From the NCBI GenBank assembly GCA_029953675.1, contig JAMWBK010000001.1, positions 3,038,001 to 3,102,000 on the forward strand: DNA of 64,000 nt, read 5' to 3'. Source of the stretch: Rhodosorus marinus CCMP1338. Lineage: Eukaryota > Plantae > Rhodophyta. Shown here in pieces: positions 1 to 9,385 of the stretch. The notes beneath the pieces are model-generated. The model saw only the letters and a list, made by a program, of their open reading frames with translations, had not been told where the DNA came from and searched no databases. Both the position numbers and the translations under genes were made by a program. Each line of letters opens with the position of its first letter. Position 1 is the first letter of the stretch.

Positions 1-407
1 AGGTTAGGGCGGGGGGTTCAACTCTAGTGGGCCGCGTTCAAGTAGATTATACTCTAACAGGCGAAGATGGTATGGGTCCCGTGACTGTATTTGGTACTCT
101 TGTGAATTTTCGTATTCCATGCTTCAGTTCATCTACAACATCCTTGGAATTAGCGAAACTCCTCTTTGCCGGGAAATGGTCACGTCATTCGTCCCGCGCT
201 CGGGAGAGCTAAAGCGCGGGGAGCCCACTTCAGCCGCCGCATGATCGCGCCTTTTGTCGCTCGAATTTCGCACTAAATTTGGACTCAGAAAATTCTGTTC
301 ACAGTTCCTTACGAAGTCTGTACGCTGGCAAGGATGTCTATATAAAGCGCCCTCGGGACCCGGGAGACGTCAGGAGGGTCTAAGGAGAAGATCATTAGTT
401 AAGCAAA

Positions 408-3092
408 ATGGATATGAAATTGTATTCGAGAGTGAGCGTTGTTTTCATTCTACTGCTCAGCGCGAGCAACGCGGTTCCCTGCGGGCGAGCCTGGGAGAGT
501 GAGAGTATTCCTCTAGAGCTTGTACATAGCAGCCGACAGGTTAGCTGCAATGGTGTTGCACCTCTTCCAGAAGCGGTTCAGTTAAAGGGCATACCCGGCA
601 TTGACTCGAACTGTATCGCAGCGTCTGATGTGGTAACCTTACCCGGCACTCTTTCGGCGCTGGTGATGGACGAACTCGACGCTTCGCAGCAGGCCAAGGA
701 CATCGTTAGCGGCATTCTGAATCCGCTGGAGGCTGCCGTAAGAGTTGCGCTGAAGAACTTGACGCCGAGGGCAAATGACAACATCTGCTTTGGAAACTTC
801 CAAAGCAGCGAAATGAAGGGTGAATTCTCCCTGGACAAGAATCGAATGAGTGCTAACAAGTGCAGCAAATTGCCACTGGTCGCAGGACAGGAGTGGTCCA
901 CGTTTGCCTTCGCTTTAACAGCTCCGTTTCCGGGATGCGTGACGCAAGCAAACCAGACCGCAACCTTCTGTGCGGCAGTCAGCATTTGTCCACAAACGAA
1001 GCTGCCGACTGTCGCGGTAGTTGTGGGAGCAACAACAATGGCCTGTCTTGGAGAGAATATGGCTGCGGGAGATGGCGGTATCACGTGGGCCTTGACCAAG
1101 GTAGCGTCAGTGGGGCTTGATGCCATCGCTGGCGGTATCTCGTTGAGCAACGCATTGTACGCGAAGGCCAATGTTTACACGGGACATCAGGATAAGAAGT
1201 ACCGCTTGATTAACTATGAGATTCGCGGCAACTACTACGACTCGATTCTGTTTGCTCTCAAGCTTGAGAAATTCAAGGTTCCGCCAGTGCTCAGTCTGTC
1301 GGGTGCTTCTACGAGAATTGTTTCCGTTCGAGGGCTGGAGAATATTGCGTTCGAGAATACAATCAGCGCATTCAAGGGTGGGGAGGACTCGAACGGGTTC
1401 CAGGACGACATTTTGGATCTCTTCGAATCTATGTCCGGTGTTACTATTCAGGCAGCCATGATAATGAACCTGAAGTTGCAGTTCAAGTTTTCTAAAGTCC
1501 CGGGCTTGCATAAGATACTTCCAGACTCGGGGGTGATGACCATAGGGGAGATGAACATGTTTGTGAGTACGGGGTCGGCGACCCCACCCGGTGATGAATA
1601 CAAGGATCTCGTCGTTAAGCCGGGAGTCTATGCTTTCGTTGGCAGCAATGCAGTTCCGGCGATCATTAAGGGGATGTTGGAGTACCTGTTGAGCTTTGTT
1701 GGAGCTGTTCTGGACCTGTTCGGAGATTGGGTACCGTTTAAGCTTGATGCAAAGGATCTTCTTAGCGGATTCAACCCGGGAGCATCGGACCACTTCGCCT
1801 TTGGTTTCACGGCGAATGCGGACCAGACTGGGATTATGCTGAACGTGCCCTTGATTTTCGACTTTTTGGGGCACGCGACTTTTGAGTGCACGACAGACTA
1901 TAAATCGCTGAGGTGCCGCGTTGATACCAACTTCAACTCCAAGTTCTTCATAGCGATAGCGGAAACGATTGCAGAAGGAGTCTTGTGGGTTATCAAAGAG
2001 GCGGATGAGTTCTTCACTAATATTGGAAACGTTATTGGTGCCGCGCTCGAGGATGCTGTGGATAGTGTTGTCAGCGTGTTCTCTGAGGCGAACATGAAGA
2101 AGACTGCGAAAATGATAGAGAAAGGACTGGTCAGTGTTGGGTCCGACATTAAGGATGAACTTGAGGACTGGGCTCGATGGGCGGAAACCGTCTTCGATGA
2201 TTTCGGCGACATACTCGCAGACTTGACGGCTGACGCGATTCACGAGATCGCCAAGTTCGGCAAGAGCTTTGTTGACGACGCGAGAGACTTCTTTGAAAAT
2301 ATGGGGAAAGAGCTGGAGAATGCCGCCAAGTTTCTGGGAGATCAGTTCAAATGTGGCCCCAACAATGTTATCAGCAGCATCACCAAATGCCCCACCTGTT
2401 GTATTCCTATGAACTCCGTCGCGAAGTTCCTTAAGAACGCCGGGAACGACATCGCCAGTGCGTTTGACACCGTCCTGAAGACGCTTTCTAACGTCGCGTT
2501 GCAGGCCGGTGAGCTGTTCTGGAAGAAGAGAACGAGCTATTCGACGTCATTCATGAACCCCAATCGGTACGATCAATACCAGTGCCGCATGGTGCGTGTG
2601 TACAGGATTGAGAAGAAGTACCTCCTTGGCATCAAGATCAGCGAGAAGAGAAAGTACGCTGGAGATTCGTCGGATGAGAACTGCGTGAGACAGATATTGG
2701 AAAAAGCCAAGGAAGTTGTTGAAGATTATGACGAGTACGAGAAGGCGGAGAAGAATTACGAGAGCGTGGTAGAGGAGCATCAGGATGCCCTCTTTGCGTC
2801 AGAGCTTTCTAAGGAAGACTTGTGTGAAAAGGGCTCCTTCAAATGCACGAGGGATCTAGGGCGGGATAAGATCGTTCCAGGATCCAAATGGATTCCGGTG
2901 ACAATTACCTGCTCAGCAAAACAGATCGGAAAGGACGGAGGGTTCAGTGGAACGATCATAACTGAATCGTTGACCAAGGACGTGGACGTGACGAACACGA
3001 TCAACCGCGGCGAAGAAATTAAGGTCATGTGGAATGAGATGAAGGAGCTTATTGCAGAGAAGATGACCCCAACCCTTGCTCGTCGACGTTAA
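408..3092 (+). CDS. Secreted 894-aa protein of unknown function: Cys-containing N-terminal half, long amphipathic-helix C-terminal half
   Basis: Intronless 894-codon ORF; N-terminal signal peptide (VSVVFILLLSASNA|VP); no family recognised. Confidence 0.75.
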   Translation: MDMKLYSRVSVVFILLLSASNAVPCGRAWESESIPLELVHSSRQVSCNGVAPLPEAVQLKGIPGIDSNCIAASDVVTLPGTLSALVMDELDASQQAKDIVSGILNPLEAAVRVALKNLTPRANDNICFGNFQSSEMKGEFSLDKNRMSANKCSKLPLVAGQEWSTFAFALTAPFPGCVTQANQTATFCAAVSICPQTKLPTVAVVVGATTMACLGENMAAGDGGITWALTKVASVGLDAIAGGISLSNALYAKANVYTGHQDKKYRLINYEIRGNYYDSILFALKLEKFKVPPVLSLSGASTRIVSVRGLENIAFENTISAFKGGEDSNGFQDDILDLFESMSGVTIQAAMIMNLKLQFKFSKVPGLHKILPDSGVMTIGEMNMFVSTGSATPPGDEYKDLVVKPGVYAFVGSNAVPAIIKGMLEYLLSFVGAVLDLFGDWVPFKLDAKDLLSGFNPGASDHFAFGFTANADQTGIMLNVPLIFDFLGHATFECTTDYKSLRCRVDTNFNSKFFIAIAETIAEGVLWVIKEADEFFTNIGNVIGAALEDAVDSVVSVFSEANMKKTAKMIEKGLVSVGSDIKDELEDWARWAETVFDDFGDILADLTADAIHEIAKFGKSFVDDARDFFENMGKELENAAKFLGDQFKCGPNNVISSITKCPTCCIPMNSVAKFLKNAGNDIASAFDTVLKTLSNVALQAGELFWKKRTSYSTSFMNPNRYDQYQCRMVRVYRIEKKYLLGIKISEKRKYAGDSSDENCVRQILEKAKEVVEDYDEYEKAEKNYESVVEEHQDALFASELSKEDLCEKGSFKCTRDLGRDKIVPGSKWIPVTITCSAKQIGKDGGFSGTIITESLTKDVDVTNTINRGEEIKVMWNEMKELIAEKMTPTLARRR

Positions 3093-3167
3093 TCGGTCTT
3101 GCGGGTGGCTACTAGAGAGTTTCCGCAGTGAAAAAGAATCGATTGGGCCTGCAAATAGGTTTTTCCC

Positions 3168-3298
3168 CGTGCTGTACAGAGATTGCGCGAGTGGAGGTTG
3201 TGAATACCTGACTGGATTCCCGGATTTTACCCGCGTGCTGTACAGAGATTGCGCGAGTGGACGTTGCGAATACCTGACTGGATTCCTGGATTTTACCG
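3168..3298. repeat. Tandem duplication, 2 x 66 bp
   Basis: CGTGCTGTACAGAGATTGCGCGAGTGGA...GGATTTTACC starts at 3168 and 3234 with few mismatches. Confidence 0.9.
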
Positions 3299-4439
3299 CA
3301 GGATTGTATTTAGCCCACAGAAAAACCCAGTTAGACACTCATTTTTCATAATAAACAGTCACTCTATGAAGTTTCCGAATCCATAACTAGTCATTCTTTG
3401 ACTTGTCAAAGGAATGAAGCGAGATTGCTCCAACTCATGACAACTCCGGCACGACAGTGACGAGACTGTTAGAGTGCTGCGCTATCCCGACATTTGCAAT
3501 TGATTCTGCTCGCCGGTCATGCAGTTTTTAGGTTTTTGGTGCACTACTGTTCTTTGATGTTGCTCTAGTAGCCACCTTCTGAGGTTCATGATCGCCCATC
3601 GTCTTGAATTAGTTTATTGTACACACAAGGGTTCTCCTGAAATCGTCACAGTGCCTATAGTATGTCCGGAAAGTCACCGGTACCGCAAAAAGCGGCCGGT
3701 GGATTTTCGTGAGCGGGAATCTGCTGCAGGTGCTCAAGAGAAGCGTGGTCAACCTGCTCTCCATGAATGCGACGCCAGTACGTAACACCCATTGTCGAGG
3801 GGAGAAAGGGCCTCAGCAAAGCACGAATTGAAGGCAACTGCTTATTTGAGAGTCCAATTTGGTAATTAAATCCTCGCTACTCCCCCTCTAGGGTGCCATT
3901 TACTTGACTGATCCTCACTGCACCCAATGGAATCGTCCGCCGTGGTCCACACAGTTGCTATTGATCGCATCCAAATATTAGGATGCTATTAGAGGCAATA
4001 CCAAAGCTCACCCCTTGAATTTTCCCCCTCACTTCCTTTTCACAATCCAAAGAAGCATATAATATTTCATATTCATCCATCTGAGTCTCGGGTTAGGCAG
4101 GCTGCGGTAAGGGGGACTCATGTTTTCGAATGAATTTGTTCATTCATTCGAAAGGGGACCAGCAGACATAGCCGAGAATCCTGGACAATTTAGCGCCGTG
4201 TTGCCGAAATCACCTGCGAAGATAGACGTCTTACCATGAAGGAGTCGTTAAAATAGAGAAAAGAGTGGAACTAGGTATAAAAGTGCACAAGCCAAGGCGA
4301 CGGTACCGAGTCTCGGCAAGCATGTTGCTATAATATCACCATAAAACGACGCAGAACCAGCGAGGAGTAGGATATACTCGGTAACACGGCCATCAGAACA
4401 AATCCAAGAGTTGTTTGGCATGAATGAAGGAGCAGACTA

Positions 4440-4790
4440 GCGGAGAAGGGAGAAGCCATATTATCCCGTGAGGAGATTTTGAAAGCAGGCAGGGGGGGAG
4501 TAGGAGATCCTGACAGCCCTCGTTACAGCATTCGATGCAGTTGTGCGGAATGATGCGGGCAAATGGGCGAGTTACTGGCGGTTTTGACTGCTGCCGGTTT
4601 AGAGGAAGTTTTGGGCCTTCGCTTTTTTTTGACTTTTTCCACAATTGTGAAGTCATCTATGTGCAGAGTTGCGAACATATTCGTCCATCAGCTGCGAAAA
4701 GCGCTCACTATCGTCGTCTCTTAATTTTTTTGCAAAGACGCACAGGCAGCTGTGGTCGAGAAGCCTACAGTTCGGCATATCCTTCCACGG
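4440..4790 (+). mobile_element. Possible highly degraded non-LTR RT fragment (domains 0-2)
   Basis: Frameshifted pieces LSREEILKA / ILTALVTAF...LLPV*RK / CRVANIF loosely resemble the CRE RT N-terminal region. Confidence 0.25.
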
Positions 4791-4904
4791 AAGCACGCGG
4801 AGATCCGGTCGGGAGCCATCCTAAAAGGCGCTGGGCCAGGGGGAGGGTTGAGGGGGCGGGGAAGCGGCTAAATCCAGTCACAGATATTTGGTTGGCCGGA
4901 GCCA

Positions 4905-5420
4905 CCTTAGGCTGGGCTTAGATCTTGGAACCAGGTGACAACGAGGTCGGCAACACGGTGCTCGTTTTGTCACAAAGTCCACCAAGGGCTTGGGCTTCTC
5001 AGGCTCGATTTCAAGAATGGCTGGAGTCCTCATTACAGCAGGTTTCGGCTTGCTTCCAGGTGATGACGTTGCCAGCGGTTTAGTTTTCACAGTCCACTTT
5101 AATCAGAGATGCGCAATTTCCAGAATTGCGTTGAAAGATGCCGGGGGCTTTGTCTTCCCTAGGCATCCGTGCTTCGGATCTAGCTCATCGCCTGGTACCT
5201 CTGGTCATTGAGTGCTGTGGGTTTATGGGGGGTTCCGTTGGCTTGGGGAGTTGTTCCGCAAACGCCTTGACCGCCTCTCCTCGTTGTTTATCCGTTTAAG
5301 TTTCCTGCTGTTGCGTATGAACCCCGCTTTGATGTTTGAGGCGCGCGATCTTCGCCGCGCATAGTCTTTCTTTCCCCTCGGGCTGTTTCTTTCAGTCTCT
5401 GCTTAAACAAATTCATGCAT
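4905..5420. mobile_element. Family B RLE non-LTR relic: inverted internal piece (minus, ~4905-5160) plus 3' terminus (plus, ~5170-5420)
   Basis: Minus: LEIEPEKPKPLVD/QNEHRVADLVVT, matching LEIEREKPLPVADSQNDEHRVADLVVS at 49.7 kb. Plus: AHRLVPLVIEC...RLSFLLLRMNPALMFEARDLRRA* and 3' end TTCAGTCT..AAACAAATTCAT. Confidence 0.8.
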
Positions 5421-5529
5421 ATTGAAAAATGGGGAGCTTATTCATACGTCACTTTCTGAGTCTTTCTCCGTTCGTTTTTTTTTAAAAACACATTCAGTCA
5501 GTTATGCCAAATCGAAATGTGTAGTGACA

Positions 5530-5790
5530 CTCTCTGGCGATATTCTATCAACATGGTTCGCCCAGTCGCGCCATCGCCGCCTGGGTTTGCACGCTTTTCT
5601 CCTCAGTTTCTAGTTCCCTTGCAAGCCCTGGCGTAAGCGCTTCAGGCTATGCTAGTAAATCCATTTCTTTTCCACGCCTTGCGTAGCGCCTCAGGGTTTG
5701 CACGCTTCCCTACCTAGTTCTTAGTTCCTTTTCACGGTTTGCGTAGCGCTGTAGGCTATGCTAATAAAGCCAGTAAAGTCCAGTAAATCC
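5530..5790 (+). mobile_element. Stacked family A 3' termini (2 clear, 1 partial)
   Basis: HRRLGLHA C-terminus, TAGTTCCTTTTCACG, GCGTAGC-N7-GCTATGC hairpin and AATAAAGCCAGTAAAG tail, as at 50.8, 51.9, 56.6 and 59.8-59.9 kb. Confidence 0.9.
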
Positions 5791-5791
5791 A

Positions 5792-5888
5792 TCCATCCAA
5801 ATTCTATAAATGGACAAAACGAGATCGGACACTGAAATACTACCTTCCATCCGAATTCTATAAATGGACAAGCCGAACGGACACTGAA
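5792..5888. repeat. Tandem duplication, period 54 bp
   Basis: TCCATCC(A/G)AATTCTATAAATGGACAA...CGGACACTGAA at 5792 and 5846. Confidence 0.85.
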
Positions 5889-7349
5889 GCTAATATGATT
5901 TAGTTCAAATAAGTTCGGAAACTGCGCACCTACGATTCGTGATAAATGGGATGGGGTGGACTGTATGATAATTTTTCTATTAATTATGCCGCTGGGATTT
6001 CTATATATACGGGGACTATGTTTCTTTTTAATACAATATACGGGTTTGATTGAATGAATGGTTTGATTGAGGTGGTCCGAGGTCGGTTTTTATCACTTGT
6101 TTTTGGGAGGCGAGCATTGGCAACTGTGCGAAGCAAGGTGGGAGGCTCCATGTGGGAGGTTCCATTGCGTACGGTGAGGATCCTTCAAGTATATAGCACT
6201 AAATCGGTTGGAGTACTCATGCAAACTCGTGCCTTCTATTCTTGTGCTGTTGTGGGCTATCGCTCCTCCAACCACGGGTAGCCCAGTTAATTATATAGTG
6301 AAGCCAACTCTCTGGATTTTTTGTTGTAGTGTGTATATTTTTCATCTTATTCCGGGGCGCACTTTCGTAGGTTGGTGATGTTCTCTCTGTAGCTCCGTCC
6401 TACGCTTTATTTAGAATGCGGATCCTGCTACAATCTCAAGAGGACGGGTGCTGTGAGCTTAAACACGACTCAGGAATATGTGCCGAGTTGTCCTTCCGCT
6501 CTGGAGCGGGCCGCTACTCATCATTTTATTTTCTTATCAGTCGCACTGTCTTTGTCCACTTTTGGGATGTTATCTATAGCAACAACGCAGTTGAGGATAT
6601 GCGGTTCCACTACGTACGGTTGGTGACAATAGCAAACACTGTATCACTTTCCCTGATTGCTTGATAGTTTTCCCATTACCGAATCTGCTGAACTATCTTG
6701 CTTAGCTTACTAGACACTAGATACTTGAGTTGGTTGGTTAAGCTTGAATAAAGGCTAGCTGCAACGGATAAAGAACTTGACACATTGCAGCGGAATCTAG
6801 TGAAAGTATTGAGTTTTGAAGGTTTAAGGAAAAGGGACTGGTTTTGATCCGGCGACACACCTCTAAGCTTCCAACCTGCTAAATACAGGACCATATTTCA
6901 CCAGTTATGAGCCTGGACTGCGCCAACAAGCGTATAGGGCTGCTAACCACGTCGACAAAGGATGGTCAGACAGATTTTTTTCTGAATGAGTGAGCAAGAT
7001 CGAGAGGTGCCCATACCTCCGCAAAAACGACCCGATACAGAGGATACCGCGACGGAACAGAGCATTCAGCCTTGAGCAGGGTCCAACAGGGACGGCCCCT
7101 CTGACGGAGGAAGAGCTAGCGACGAAGACGGAGGTTGTAAACTCGTTAAGATAATATGCAACCCCAATCCTGCAAAGATCTTAGCTTTGCACGGCGGGTT
7201 GGTTTGGCGATTAGACGAAGTTTCTAAGTAGAGTTGTTATTTACGTCGGACAAGTTTGTATCGAACCTCAAGTTATGTGATAACTGGAGCGTTTGACTTC
7301 TGGCTCGCGTCCGATACAAGTTTATCGGACTTGAATAAAACGAAAAACA

Positions 7350-7440
7350 ACGCGCTCGGCAACACGGTGCTCTTTATTCTGGTAGTCTGTCGCAGCACTG
7401 AACACTCTCAACTTTTAGACCGCCTAGCCTCACTATAAGG
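7350..7440 (-). mobile_element. Short family B RLE-region fragment
   Basis: GAGCACCGTGTTGCCGA shared with the 4947-4965 and ~49670 family B copies. Confidence 0.5.
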
Positions 7441-7723
7441 CGAAGGTCACGATAAAACAGGTTCAGAATCCGTGTCTGGTGGCGGTTCCGCGCTCCTTTC
7501 AGAGCGAGCAGCTGGTTAACATGTGGGCGCCAAAATCAGCCTTTCCTTTGTCGTGGGTGCACAAACGGCATGGCGAACCCTGCTCGGTAGGCTGATGTAG
7601 CCCAACTACAGGCCGAGAGAAGTTCGCACCTCAAAGTCCGTGGCATGATCGGCGGAAAACCTGGGACAGCAATGAGTCACTGAGAGCTGAGGCAACCACC
7701 AAGAATGCTCATTCGTCCCCATT

Positions 7724-7837
7724 CATGGACTCGAGGCAGGTGCAGCCAGCTTGACCACAGCTGGCAGGGCGTTTCCTATAAAGAGGAAACGCCCTGCCAG
7801 CTGTGGTCAAGCTGGCTGCACCTGCCTCGAGTCCATG
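7724..7837. repeat. Perfect inverted repeat: 54-bp arms, 6-nt loop (ATAAAG)
   Basis: 7724-7777 is the exact reverse complement of 7784-7837. Confidence 0.97.
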
Positions 7838-8349
7838 CTCGGTCACGGGGAGATGAATAAGATTGTGTATGCACGTATGAGGATCTCAGGAATAAGCCAA
7901 ATTCAACAAATGAGAATGACAGTTTTGTCATCCCGAGAAGTAGTCGCGATTCATCCGTACTGGAGATGATTGATTATTAGACTGAAATGAATGAATGAAT
8001 GAATGAGCGAGGATTGATTATTACTAATAATATTAGACTAGCTAAAGGAACCGAGTATGACAGACTGTCTCTAAAATCGAGAACCATGTGATTAATAAAA
8101 CTGATTAGATTTAGGACGTGCTTTGGGTATTTGCTCAGCCGGAGAAAAGTGTAGACTAATACCGCAGCTACGACTCTCGTATTCGACTTAGGAGGAGAGG
8201 TGAGGAGTCACAACAAGGCTGAATGGGGAATAGATTTAACTATTGTCGTCTAGGCGGATCTAAAGCTAGACTAAATAAAGGAATGAGGTTTGTTCCTCTG
8301 GGAAAAGACTTTGTGGATCCTCATGGCTTCGGAAAGCCTAAGCCGTGTA

Positions 8350-9385
8350 GTGAATGCATGTGTTTAATCGGAGACTGGAGAAAAAAACCCGAGGGGGAAA
8401 TAAAGACTAAGCGCGGCGAAGATCGCGAGACTCTAACATCAAAGCAGCGTTCATACGCCACAGCAAGAAACTTAAACGAGCAAGCAACGAGGACAGACGG
8501 TCTGGGCGTGGCTGATGAAGCCGAGGTATAAGCGAGGAGAAGTGCGCACTTCGAAATCTATGAGTGTGAGTGGCGGAAAAGCGGGGATTGTCATGAGCCA
8601 CTGAGAGCTAATACAACCCCCCAAGACTGCGCAGGCGGGTGCGATCTCAGGAAGATGAGACCATCTGCGCGAGAAGTCGGCTGTAGCAACACGATGCAAT
8701 TCCCAAGAAAGGGTGCTTTGCAACGCATACGAGAAATGCTGGCGACGCGACTCCCAGAGCCCGGTCCATCATCAGGAGGATCGCGAGGGACCTCTGTATC
8801 CTCAGCCACCACAGGATTACGCGCGGCAGGTACAGGACCGGCAGCTGTTCGAGTCGCGGGGCCTCGAGCCCGCGAAAAAACGGCTCGCAGCCAGCCAGGG
8901 GTGGGTGGAGGTCGGAATGGAGACTGGTACAGGATGACATCGCAGATTGGAGCTCGAGAAACAAAACCACGGACACTTTCAGGGACGCTAGAGTGTAGAT
9001 CATTACTGGCAAGACTGACCTCCAAATTTCGGAAACTGGACACGCCCAACGCGCTCAACGCCGGGAGAGCGGTTTCCCAAGACCCGACCACGGCCGCTGG
9101 TTGGATAACAGCTAGACGTAGGGTGAGGCCCACTTTGGCACGAACGATATCACGGGTGGGGAGCGGAAGATGACCCAACTCCTCATCTAGGAAATATCCC
9201 AGATCACCAATCTCTCGTCATCGGCACGGGTTGCAAGCCACCGGCCCCAGTGATTCGGGAGCGAGCGGAACCAATATGGTGAGCCGCTGACTGCAGCAAT
9301 ATAGATAAACAACAGCGAGCATTGCAGGAAGCCACGAGGCAGTCGCTCTATGTCAAAGGTGGTCCAAATTAGACGCAGGGATGAA
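8350..9385 (-). mobile_element. Family B RLE non-LTR, 5'-truncated and internally deleted (lacks the CCHC knuckle and RLE core)
   Basis: ERLPRGFLQCS...YWFRSLPNHWGRW (thumb region, like family A ERLPDSMLQS...YWLRSLPPHWG); GCISSQWLMTIPAFPP...RLYLG as at 49.9 kb; ends RLSFLLWRMNAALMLESRDLRRA* plus the family B 3' UTR. Confidence 0.85.

Noticed and set aside
1-20. AGGTTAGGGCGGGGGG as a telomere
   Set aside because: Only one TTAGGG and no tandem array
578-2243. Long minus-strand ORFs (197 and 378 aa)
   Set aside because: Antisense shadows of the 894-aa gene; no motifs
3360-3840. Possible DDE transposase relic
   Set aside because: Multiple stops and no recognisable DDE motif
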